Positions 47,670 through 56,532 of a stretch of DNA of 64,000 bases are shown here, in pieces. The stretch is from an uncultured Candidatus Saccharibacteria bacterium (GTDB taxonomy: Bacteria > Patescibacteriota > Minisyncoccia > UBA6257 > GWB1-50-10). The notes under the pieces are model-generated. The model was not told the DNA's origin. It made no database searches and worked only from the letters and a program-made list of their open reading frames with translations. The translations under genes were made by a program, and so were the position numbers. Location: assembly GCA_964365955.1 (NCBI GenBank), contig CAYISA010000004.1, positions 2,939 to 66,938 on the forward strand, in the 5' to 3' direction. Positions within the stretch are counted from its first letter, which is position 1, and every line of letters starts with the position of its first letter.

Positions 47670-50600
47670 ATAATTCCTTTACCTCGTCGCAGATGAGTTT
47701 CGGTTCCTCATCGCGCCATGACAGCCGCCCACTTACCATAATCGCCTTGTTTTCCTGCCAGGCAAGCGGATTTTTTGCGAGTGTATCCGAAAATACCAGA
47801 AGCTCAAGATTGTCGTTCAAATCCTCCAACGTTACGAAAAGCATCGGCTGGCCCTTTTTTGTCATAATTTTTTGGATACCAGAAATAATACCGGCGAGTC
47901 GCAGGCGTGGCCCCGTTCTGCTTTCTGTCGCGCGCGGGAGCTTCATCACATCCTTGATGGGTTTTACCTGCCCTTCAACTTTTGCAAGGTATGCTTTGAA
48001 CGGATGATCCGTGATATAGAGGCCGAGCAATTCCTTTTCCCACAGGAGCAACGTTTGTTTGTCCGCGGCGGTGGCAGGACGCATCCGAAGCGTCGCGAAT
48101 GTTGCGGAAGAACCGAAAAGGGAGGTTTGGTTACTCCCCGCTATTTTCTTGGCCGCTTGATTGAATCGGATGAGTTCCTCGATATTTTCAAGCGCCTGTC
48201 CGCGCTCTACGCCGAGTGAATCAAATGCCCCTGTTTTTATCAGCGCCTCGAGCGATTTTTTGTTCAGGTCACGGTGTTCAATGCGCGAAAGAAATGTCGT
48301 AAGGTCGGCGAACGGACCGTTGTGGTTGCGGTCTTCAATAATGGCGTGGGCGATATTTGCACCAAGATTCTTGATTGCCAAAAGCCCAAAACGGATGTTC
48401 GGACCGTCTACGGCAAAATTTTCCGAACTTGCGTTGATGTCCGGCGGCAGCACCTGGAGCCCCAGATGCTTGACCTCGTCCACTAGAAAGTTAATCTCTT
48501 CAATGTCGGTTCCGGAGACATTCAGAAGACTCGTCATGAATTCTTGCGTGTAGTGAGCCTTCAAATATGCCGTTTCATAACTCACCATGGCGTAACACGC
48601 GGCATGACTGCGATTGAAACCATAGCGGGCGAACGGCGGAAAAAGTTCCCAGATTGCTTGGGCGGTTTTTGCGGGGATGCCGTTCTTTACCATGCCATCG
48701 ATCAGTTTGTTTTTCTGTTCCTCCAGAAGTTCTTTGATCTTTTTCCCGATCGCTTTTCGGAGCGTGTCGGCTTCCGCGAGTGTAAAGCCCGCGAGGTCGC
48801 GTGCGATGCGCATCATCTGTTCCTGATACACGCCCACGCCGTAGGTATTTGCAAGAATAGGTGCAAGACGCGGATGCAGATAGGTAATCGGCTCACGTTT
48901 ATGCTTACGAGCGATGTAGTGGGGGATCAGCTCCATCGGTCCGGGACGATACAGAGAAATCATCGCGATGATATCTTCAAGCTCGGTCGGTTGAAGTTCT
49001 TTCAGATACCGGCGCATGCCAGAAGATTCCAACTGAAAAACTCCAGTGGTGTCTCCCGCACGGTAGAGTGCGAATGTTGCTTTGTCATCGAGCGGAAGTT
49101 TATCAACATCCACCTCTTCGCCGCGCGTCTCGCGGATAAGGCGCAATGTTTTTTCGATAATCGTTAGGTTTTTGAGCCCCAGAAAATCCATCTTAATAAG
49201 TCCAAGCGCCACAACGCTGTGCATCCCAAATTGAGTGATGATGGTTTCGTCTCCTTGGGGTGCGCGTTGGAGCGGCAAGAAGTTAGTGAGCGGTTCGGGA
49301 GAAATCACAATGCCGCAGGCATGCACGGATGCGTGGCGGGCGGTTCCCTCAAGCCGCATAGCTTCGTCCAAGAGGCGGCGGACATCTTCCTCGGCATCGT
49401 AGCGCGTTTTCAGTTCCGGAATCATCTCGAGCGTTTCCGGGAGCGTTTTATTGAACGGGATGAGTTTTGCAAGGGCATCACAGAACGCATAGGACATTCC
49501 GAGCGCTCGTCCGGTATCTCGTATGGCCGCCCGCGCCGCCATGGTACCGAACGTGATAATCTGGGCCACGCGGTCCTCGCCATATTTTTGGCGCACATAT
49601 GCCACTACCTCATCCCGACGAATGTCAGTAAAATCAATGTCAATATCGGGTACTTCGATGCGGTCGGGGTTCAAAAAACGCTCAAATAATAATTCATATT
49701 TGATGGGGTCGATGTTGGTGATCCCAAGTATATAAGAAACCAAACTACCCGCCGCCGAACCGCGGCCGGGGCCGACAACGATGCCGTGGGATTTTGCCCA
49801 CAGGATAAAATCCTGCACGATCAAAAAATAATCGGAGAAGCCCGTTTTTTCGATCACTCCAAGTTCGGTTGCAAGGCGTTCTTCAATAACGGAAGTGATC
49901 TCCTTAAATCTATTCCCTACACGTTCGTTCACAAGTTTTTTCAGATAGTCGAAAGAAGAAACTTCTCCGTCCGGCAAAATAAATTTCGGCAAGTACGTTT
50001 TTCCGAGTTCGAGGGTTACATTGCATTTCTCGGCGATCGCGTTCGTATTTTCTATCGCCTCGGGAATATCGGAAAAAATTTCTGCCATCTCATCGGGCGA
50101 GCGTAACGAGAGATCATATTTTTTTAACGACATTCGATCTTCGTCATCCAAGCGGCTATTGGTCTGTACCGCTAGTAAAATTTCGTGCGCGGTTTTTTCT
50201 TCGCGCGTGATGTAGTGCACGTCGGAAGTGGCAACGAGCGGAATATGAAATTTTTGGGATAGCTCAATCATTGGCGCATGAAGAAGAGACGCGTGTTCCT
50301 GTTTTGTGTGTGGCTGTACCTCAAGATAAAAATCATCGAGGAACATTTCTTGATACCACCGCACCAGCGTTTCCGCCTCCGCCATTTTTTTTGCCGCAAT
50401 CAGTTTGGAAAGTTCGGACGACGGACATCCGGAAAGACAAATCAGTCCTTCGCGATGTTCCGCAAGTAATTCTTTGTCAATGCGTGGCTTGTAATAGAAT
50501 CCTTCCAAGTTGGATTTTGTGACAAGTTGGATCAGATTTCTCCATCCCGTATTATTTTTCGCAAGAAGTGTGAGATGATAACGCGCGTCGTCAATTTTTG

Positions 50601-50838
50601 CGCGCTTCTGGAGCCGTCCATACGGCGCAATGTACGCTTCGAGCCCAAAGATCGGTTTCACTCCGCATTTTTTTGCGGCCTTGTAAAATTCCACCGCGCC
50701 GTAGAGGTTGCCGTGGTCGGTGAGCGCGATCGCATCCATCCCAAGTTCCTTCACGCGATCGAGAAGCGGATCGATTTGCGAGAGTCCATCAAGAAGCGAG
50801 TAGTGGGAGTGGACGTGAAGGTGTGTGAAGCGCGACAT
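47668..50838 (-). CDS. dnaE: DNA polymerase III alpha subunit
   Basis: HLHVHSHYSLLDG, TDHGN, GRGSAAGS, PDIDIDF, KMDFLGL, YGFNRSHA. Confidence 0.98.
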   Translation of the reverse strand: MSRFTHLHVHSHYSLLDGLSQIDPLLDRVKELGMDAIALTDHGNLYGAVEFYKAAKKCGVKPIFGLEAYIAPYGRLQKRAKIDDARYHLTLLAKNNTGWRNLIQLVTKSNLEGFYYKPRIDKELLAEHREGLICLSGCPSSELSKLIAAKKMAEAETLVRWYQEMFLDDFYLEVQPHTKQEHASLLHAPMIELSQKFHIPLVATSDVHYITREEKTAHEILLAVQTNSRLDDEDRMSLKKYDLSLRSPDEMAEIFSDIPEAIENTNAIAEKCNVTLELGKTYLPKFILPDGEVSSFDYLKKLVNERVGNRFKEITSVIEERLATELGVIEKTGFSDYFLIVQDFILWAKSHGIVVGPGRGSAAGSLVSYILGITNIDPIKYELLFERFLNPDRIEVPDIDIDFTDIRRDEVVAYVRQKYGEDRVAQIITFGTMAARAAIRDTGRALGMSYAFCDALAKLIPFNKTLPETLEMIPELKTRYDAEEDVRRLLDEAMRLEGTARHASVHACGIVISPEPLTNFLPLQRAPQGDETIITQFGMHSVVALGLIKMDFLGLKNLTIIEKTLRLIRETRGEEVDVDKLPLDDKATFALYRAGDTTGVFQLESSGMRRYLKELQPTELEDIIAMISLYRPGPMELIPHYIARKHKREPITYLHPRLAPILANTYGVGVYQEQMMRIARDLAGFTLAEADTLRKAIGKKIKELLEEQKNKLIDGMVKNGIPAKTAQAIWELFPPFARYGFNRSHAACYAMVSYETAYLKAHYTQEFMTSLLNVSGTDIEEINFLVDEVKHLGLQVLPPDINASSENFAVDGPNIRFGLLAIKNLGANIAHAIIEDRNHNGPFADLTTFLSRIEHRDLNKKSLEALIKTGAFDSLGVERGQALENIEELIRFNQAAKKIAGSNQTSLFGSSATFATLRMRPATAADKQTLLLWEKELLGLYITDHPFKAYLAKVEGQVKPIKDVMKLPRATESRTGPRLRLAGIISGIQKIMTKKGQPMLFVTLEDLNDNLELLVFSDTLAKNPLAWQENKAIMVSGRLSWRDEEPKLICDEVKEL

Positions 50839-51025
50839 AGGTTTGGATTCGGATTTGCCTTAATTCTAAAAATTGTTTTTCGGAGTTTCAACGTGTTGAT
50901 AACTAATTTTTTCCTGATTTTTTCCATTTTTGAACACGCGTCTTGCACTTTGTAAATTTTTTTGACAACCCGCATGGTAAATTTCAAAAAAATAAAAACC
51001 GTCCCATTTTCATAGGACGGCGATG

Positions 51026-51766
51026 TCATTTTTTGTCATTTGAAGCATCTTTCAACCGTAACGACGTGAAACACGTTATCATATCGTTAGAAGGAATAGA
51101 AAGAATGGTACGCGTTGCTTCAATATACCCTTGATTAATGCCGACTACTGTCCCTGAACGGTCTATAAGAGGACTCCCTGAACTTCCGGGGCATATAGGG
51201 AGGCTCGAAAGAATATAGTGCGGAGAAGAAAATTCTTTCGGCAGGAAATTAGACGGGAAAAGCCATCGAGACGTGCTTTGTTTTTCGATCAAGCCCTCCG
51301 ACGCGACCCACGGAATACCATATTGCATCCCTACCGTCATGACGCGATCGAGGAGTCCGATCTCGTCCGAATTTCCCAAGGGGAGCGGTGCGGGGAGTTC
51401 GGTATCGGCATCCCGTGGAACCACAGACGCCAGATCATTTCTTTGGTCAATTTTCTCTAGGACGCAAGAAAATTTTTTGCCCCCTTCGAACCGGACGGTA
51501 ATGATTGGATTTTTTATGCAGATTGTATCGTCAAAGAATAGATGTGCATTTGTCACAATAAAGGACTTCCCCTCGAGTTCCGTTATAAAACAAGAGGCTA
51601 TCACAAAGTAGAGAGAGTCAGCACTTTGGACTGTGATTCTGCCGGTTGCGGCAGAAACTTTTCTTATCAGTTCTACGCGCTTGTATTCTTTCCACGTGTC
51701 ATATCCTAATTGCAGCGTGATTGCCAAAATACAGAAAGTAAGAATTTCAACCGCATGTTTTTTCAT
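51026..51766 (-). CDS. Membrane-anchored trypsin-like serine protease (HtrA-like, no PDZ)
   Basis: N-terminal TM; TNAH, NDLA, PGSSGSPL catalytic motifs. Confidence 0.85.
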   Translation of the reverse strand: MKKHAVEILTFCILAITLQLGYDTWKEYKRVELIRKVSAATGRITVQSADSLYFVIASCFITELEGKSFIVTNAHLFFDDTICIKNPIITVRFEGGKKFSCVLEKIDQRNDLASVVPRDADTELPAPLPLGNSDEIGLLDRVMTVGMQYGIPWVASEGLIEKQSTSRWLFPSNFLPKEFSSPHYILSSLPICPGSSGSPLIDRSGTVVGINQGYIEATRTILSIPSNDMITCFTSLRLKDASNDKK

Positions 51767-51853
51767 GGTGCATTTCCTTATAAAAATTATTATTCAGAAC
51801 TACCTTTAGATTACGCCTAGGCGAGAGAGCAATTACAAGCAAGTCGAAAATAT

Positions 51854-51883
51854 AAAAATCCCCCATCAAAAAAAGATGGGGGA
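51854..51883 (-). terminator. Intrinsic terminator (minus strand)
   Basis: AAAAA-TCCCCCATC-a7-GATGGGGGA on the + strand. Confidence 0.72.
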
Positions 51884-51891
51884 CTGGATAG

Positions 51892-52392
51892 CTACATATA
51901 CTTCCGAAGTTCTGCAACCTCTTTCTTGCGGTTCTCGAGACGCGCATTCGCATTCGTGAGTGCCTGGATGAGGGAAGTTGCTGCATCCCGGATCAAAGCG
52001 ACCCGTGCGCGGATTTGTTGAATGCGGCGCTCTCTCCACGCGGTCTTACGATCTGCTCTTTCTAGTTCATTTGTAACCTGGGTGTGGTTCGCGGTGATCT
52101 GCGCCGCGCAGGTCGCGATTGCAGTTTTTGCTTCATCGGGTGCAGTATATACACCGCCCATGGCCTTCACAGAATTCTTTGTCGTTGAAATCATCGTCCC
52201 TGGCAGTAGTTCTGTGACAAGTTCAATTACTTCCGGGCTGATCTTATCGCGCAGCGTTTCGCGGTACCTTTCTACTTCAGCTTGCGCATCAGCAAAAAGT
52301 TGCTCGAATTTCGCAAGTCCGAACTTTGCCTTTTTTCGATGTGTTACCAAGATGACGACGATGAGGAGAATTAGAACTAGGATTGGATGCAT
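51892..52392 (-). CDS. Hypothetical membrane-anchored coiled-coil protein
   Basis: N-terminal hydrophobic helix ILVLILLIVVILV, helical C-terminus, GGAAGGAG RBS. Confidence 0.72.
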   Translation of the reverse strand: MHPILVLILLIVVILVTHRKKAKFGLAKFEQLFADAQAEVERYRETLRDKISPEVIELVTELLPGTMISTTKNSVKAMGGVYTAPDEAKTAIATCAAQITANHTQVTNELERADRKTAWRERRIQQIRARVALIRDAATSLIQALTNANARLENRKKEVAELRKYM

Positions 52393-52490
52393 AAATTACT
52401 CCTTCCAGAAAATATGAATTATTGATTTGTGAAAAATGAATTATTTAGAACAAACTACCAACTTTACTTTCAACTCATTGTGCTGATCCC

Positions 52491-52521
52491 ATTGTATCTC
52501 TCTCTCTCTCTTATTTGTCAA
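52491..52521 (-). promoter_or_regulatory. Consensus promoter with (GA)7 repeat in a 19-nt spacer
   Basis: Minus strand reads TTGACA-AATAA-(GA)7-TACAAT. Confidence 0.7.
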
Positions 52522-52596
52522 TACCGCCAAACCATTGGAAAATAAGGGATTTTTTGCTTGTAGTATGTGGCAGAATGCTTCAAAATAGAGCTATTG

Positions 52597-53223
52597 ATGG
52601 CTAAGAGAAGATACATCATCGGCATTGATGAAGTGGGCCGGGGGCCGCTTGCGGGACCGGTTATGGTCTGTGCGGCGCTTTTTCCGAGCGATTTTCCGTT
52701 TCGGCTCCATGCCAAAAAATTGGGTGTTCCGCTCCGCGATTCCAAGAAACTGACTGAACGCGCAAGGGAACTGTGGGATGCATCTTTTAGGACGGATATG
52801 CGCGTTGCGTTCGCTCTTGCAAGTAGTTCATCCAAATTGATTGATAAAACCCATATCGGAATAGCCACACTCATGGCAGTTGATAAAGCGCTTTTAAAAC
52901 TCGCTCGTCGCTATGGGCATAAAATAACGAACGCGAAAGTTTTTTTGGACGGGGGACTCTATGTTTCACCGCGCATCATACAGAAGCTTCATATCAATAC
53001 CCATCCGCGTACGATCATTAAAGGAGACGAAAAAATTCCTGCGATTCGTGCCGCCTCGATCATCGCGAAAGTGGCGCGGGATCGCCTGATGGTAAACATG
53101 GCGAACCAGTATTCCGGGTATGGCTTTGCGAAGCATAAGGGATATGGGACAAAAGCGCACATCAGAGCTATAAAAAAACGCGGGATTTCCGCCATCCACC
53201 GCCGGAGTTTTTTAAAAATATGA
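52597..53223 (+). CDS. rnhB: Ribonuclease HII
   Basis: GIDEVGRGPLAGPV, DSKKL, IKGD, AASIIAKVARD, HKGYGT, HRRSF. Confidence 0.96.
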   Translation: MAKRRYIIGIDEVGRGPLAGPVMVCAALFPSDFPFRLHAKKLGVPLRDSKKLTERARELWDASFRTDMRVAFALASSSSKLIDKTHIGIATLMAVDKALLKLARRYGHKITNAKVFLDGGLYVSPRIIQKLHINTHPRTIIKGDEKIPAIRAASIIAKVARDRLMVNMANQYSGYGFAKHKGYGTKAHIRAIKKRGISAIHRRSFLKI

Positions 53224-53250
53224 AAACTGCTGTATAATACGTTCATCATT

Positions 53251-54516
53251 ATGCCGGTTCCCCCCCCCGCCGATAATCCAGAATTATTGAAAGTAAGTTC
53301 GCGTGTACGCACGCGTCTTTCGGACGTGGATTTTTCACATCACCTTTCCATGCGCGGACTTTTTAAACTCTCGTTCCGTGCGTTTAAGAGCCGTTCACTG
53401 CGAACCATTCTCACAACCTTAGGCATCGGCGTGGGTATCGGCACCGTGCTTTTTTTGGTGTCTTTGGGATTCGGGCTGGAACGCATCTTGGTTGAGCAGA
53501 TCGCGAAAACGGAGGATTCGCTCTATTCCATGGAGGCATATTTTCCTTCCGAAGAGGTGTTTGGTATTTCAGAAAAAGAATTAAAGGCGGTGGGCGAAGT
53601 TCCACGCGTGGTCGAGGTTTCACCGATTGCGGATCTTTCAGGCGAGATGCTCGCACAAAATACAAGTGGAAATGTGAAAGTGCGTGTGGTGGAGCCGAGT
53701 TATTTCCGTCTTTCGGGCACCGTGCCGGAGCTCGGTACTCCTTTAGTAGAAGGGGATCCGAATGGAGTGGTCATCACGAGCGCCGTGCTCAAATTCTTTA
53801 ATCTTGAACCGAGCCAAAAAACCCTTGGGATTCCGTTCAATCTTTCCGTTGCCCTTCCGCAGGAGTTTGTGCTTCCCCAGCAGTTGAAGATTGTGGGCAT
53901 TATTCAGGACGATGCGCTTGACCCCACGGTTATTGTGCCGCGCGGGTTATTGCCGGGGGCGACACTTCAGTACCGGAGCGTTTTGGTGCGTGCCGCGGCG
54001 GCGGATGATGTGCTTACCGTGCGCGACACGCTGTTGGAGCGCGGATTTTCCATCACCGCAAAACTGGATTTGATCAACCAGGTAAAAAAGGTCTTGACCA
54101 TCGCCACGGTTATTTTGGGCGCATTCGGCGTAACCGCGCTTACGGTCTCCGCGATCGGAATGTTCAACACCATGACGATTGCATTGCTGGAACGCACCTA
54201 CGAAATCGGCATTATGAAGTCCTTGGGTGCGACGAACGGCGACATCCAGCGGCTTTTCTTGATGGAGGCATTTCTGATGGGATTTCTAGGAGGCGTGATG
54301 GGGTTGATTATCGGAATCTTGGGTGCCGACATCTTTAATCTTGCGCTGAATTTGCTTGCAAAATCACTGGAAGGAAAAGCAGTCGATCTTTTTGACCGGC
54401 CGTGGTGGTTTATTTCGGGGCTCGTTGGGTTTGCGTCGCTTGTAAGCTTGATCACCGGTTATTATCCGGCCCGGCGCGCCGTCAAACTTTCTCCGCGCGA
54501 AGCATTTAAGAAGTAG
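53251..54516 (+). CDS. ABC transporter permease (MacB/FtsX-like)
   Basis: RTILTTLGIGVG, extracytoplasmic domain, ERTYEIGIMKSLGA, FLMEA, YYPARRA. Confidence 0.9.
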   Translation: MPVPPPADNPELLKVSSRVRTRLSDVDFSHHLSMRGLFKLSFRAFKSRSLRTILTTLGIGVGIGTVLFLVSLGFGLERILVEQIAKTEDSLYSMEAYFPSEEVFGISEKELKAVGEVPRVVEVSPIADLSGEMLAQNTSGNVKVRVVEPSYFRLSGTVPELGTPLVEGDPNGVVITSAVLKFFNLEPSQKTLGIPFNLSVALPQEFVLPQQLKIVGIIQDDALDPTVIVPRGLLPGATLQYRSVLVRAAAADDVLTVRDTLLERGFSITAKLDLINQVKKVLTIATVILGAFGVTALTVSAIGMFNTMTIALLERTYEIGIMKSLGATNGDIQRLFLMEAFLMGFLGGVMGLIIGILGADIFNLALNLLAKSLEGKAVDLFDRPWWFISGLVGFASLVSLITGYYPARRAVKLSPREAFKK

Positions 54517-55933
54517 CCCGCGCGTGTTGTTCTTTTAAGACCTTCTCGTCCGCAAGAAGAGTCTGAAACTTTGTGGTAATACGATGGGGCGTCTGTCCTC
54601 GCAGTCCCAATCCGCCAGCTTTTCTGGGCAATGACAAAACTTTTTCAAAATTTTCCCATGTGATAATTGAGCGGAGTTTTTCACCGGTGATTTCATCGAA
54701 TCGCTCCATATCTTCGACGGTGGAAACGGAAGTGGCACCTTCCAAAATCCAGCGGCGTATGGCCTTTGTCTCCTCCGCAAGGAGGGTCTTGGGGTGGCGT
54801 TCTAGTTTTGCGATTGCTTTGTCGGCAAAACGCCATTCATTGATGAATCTGTCACATTTTTTTGCAAGAATTTCCGCGGTTGTCTTCCAAAGACCCGTCC
54901 CGCCTTCCAAAAAGGGAGTGTCCAGAAGCCGTGCAAACGTACCCGGCTCAATAAGGCCATGCAGTCGCTTTCTAAGGAACGATTCAAAGCGCGCGCGCGT
55001 CTCTTCTGGATACCCTTCGAGCAGTAGGAGCCCAAGCGCCTTGATGCGCACCTCTTCCATTTTAAGTTCGGGGTAGAGCGCTTTCAATTTTGAGAGAGTG
55101 TGAGAATCTCCCGCTCCACCCTCTTCACCTTCCGGCACGGCATCCTCCTCCGGAGATTTACCAAAAGGATTTTCCTCCATGGTAATTTCCTCAACAGATT
55201 TTTCCGCCGGAAGTTTTGAATCTTTTGACGGTGCTCGTTCCTCCGTTCTCATAATTTTCCCGTCACGCACGTAGAAAATTTTCCGCACATCACGAAGTGT
55301 CCACACTTCGTGCGTGACCATGATAATGGTTTTCCCATCTTTTTCGTTTAGCTCCCGCAACTGGTCAAGCACGATTTTTGCGTTGGTGGTATCCAGGTTT
55401 CCCATAGGTTCATCCGCAAGAATGACGAGCGGATCATTCGCCAACGAACGGGCAATCGAAACACGTTGCTGTTGTCCGCCGGAAAGTTCATTGGGGTACC
55501 GCACCGCCAAATGGTCCAACCCAAAACGCATCAAAAGTTCCTGCGCGCGCTTTTTTGCATCGTGATCGGGAATTCCCAAAAACGCCATCGGGAGCGCGAC
55601 GTTTTCCAAAACCGTGATGGTGGGGATGAGGTTAAAATTTTGAAAGACAATTCCGATTTTTGTCTGGCGCATGATTGCAATTTCGGTGGGGGAAAGCGTG
55701 AGGATATTTTTCCCGTCGATCCACACGCTTCCGGTTTGTGGTTTTTCAATACCGGCAACCGCATAGAGGAGCGATGTTTTTCCGCAACCGGAAGGCCCGA
55801 AAAATGCGGTGTATTCTCCGGGAAAAATTTTGAGCGAAACGTCGTCCAGCGCTTTCACTTCTTTATTGGTTCCGGGATCGTACGTAAACGAAGTGTTCCG
55901 CAGTTCTACAATTGGTTTCTTTTCTTGTTCCAT
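54506..55933 (-). CDS. ABC transporter ATP-binding protein (MacB/LolD-like) with C-terminal extension
   Basis: GPSGCGKT, LSGGQQQR, ILADEPMGNLD, VTH; about 240 extra residues after the ABC domain. Confidence 0.92.
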   Translation of the reverse strand: MEQEKKPIVELRNTSFTYDPGTNKEVKALDDVSLKIFPGEYTAFFGPSGCGKTSLLYAVAGIEKPQTGSVWIDGKNILTLSPTEIAIMRQTKIGIVFQNFNLIPTITVLENVALPMAFLGIPDHDAKKRAQELLMRFGLDHLAVRYPNELSGGQQQRVSIARSLANDPLVILADEPMGNLDTTNAKIVLDQLRELNEKDGKTIIMVTHEVWTLRDVRKIFYVRDGKIMRTEERAPSKDSKLPAEKSVEEITMEENPFGKSPEEDAVPEGEEGGAGDSHTLSKLKALYPELKMEEVRIKALGLLLLEGYPEETRARFESFLRKRLHGLIEPGTFARLLDTPFLEGGTGLWKTTAEILAKKCDRFINEWRFADKAIAKLERHPKTLLAEETKAIRRWILEGATSVSTVEDMERFDEITGEKLRSIITWENFEKVLSLPRKAGGLGLRGQTPHRITTKFQTLLADEKVLKEQHARATS

Positions 55934-55939
55934 AAGGGG

Positions 55940-56308
55940 TTAGTAACAAAATTCTTTGATACGCGACACCAACTGCGGAAGCGGCGCGTTCCGCAAAACA
56001 ATCGGGACCTTTTGCTGTGCGGAGAATTCATTCAAGCGCTCTGTAGAGTCACCCAAAATGACAATCTGCGAATGGCTTGCCTCCGGCTCTTTCTTTAGAT
56101 CCGTTACCACTTCTGTGGATTCAAGCGAAGGAGGCGTGTCGTCAACCACAATGAGCTGTGGATGAAACATATTGGAAAATTGCTCCGCGCGGCGTTCGTC
56201 AAAAGCACCGTGTACCTCGATGTTTGCAGGTGCAAGCTCAATCGTTAAAAAATCAATGAGGTTGATATTCCGGCTTACGACCACAATATCCTTATGAGTA
56301 GATTCCAT
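55940..56308 (-). CDS. Degenerate receiver (REC)-like domain protein
   Basis: 122 aa with REC-like beta/alpha pattern (DIVVVS, PQLIVVD, IVIL), but lacking the acidic pair after beta1 and the conserved KP. Confidence 0.55.
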   Translation of the reverse strand: MESTHKDIVVVSRNINLIDFLTIELAPANIEVHGAFDERRAEQFSNMFHPQLIVVDDTPPSLESTEVVTDLKKEPEASHSQIVILGDSTERLNEFSAQQKVPIVLRNAPLPQLVSRIKEFCY

Positions 56309-56532
56309 GCTTTCAGAATATAGGTTATTTTATTATGTTACGTGGTGTTACAGGCGATTTTTTAAAATTATTCTCTAAGTTAGTGATTCAAATGTGTATA
56401 TATGAATGAATTTCTTATTTATCGTTTTTAGTTCAGCGAGAATGGAATTATTACGAAAATTCTAAGGAATTTCAAGTAAAAATACTTAAAAATTATTTCA
56501 GAAAGGACAAAAAAACTGATATAATTTATGGG

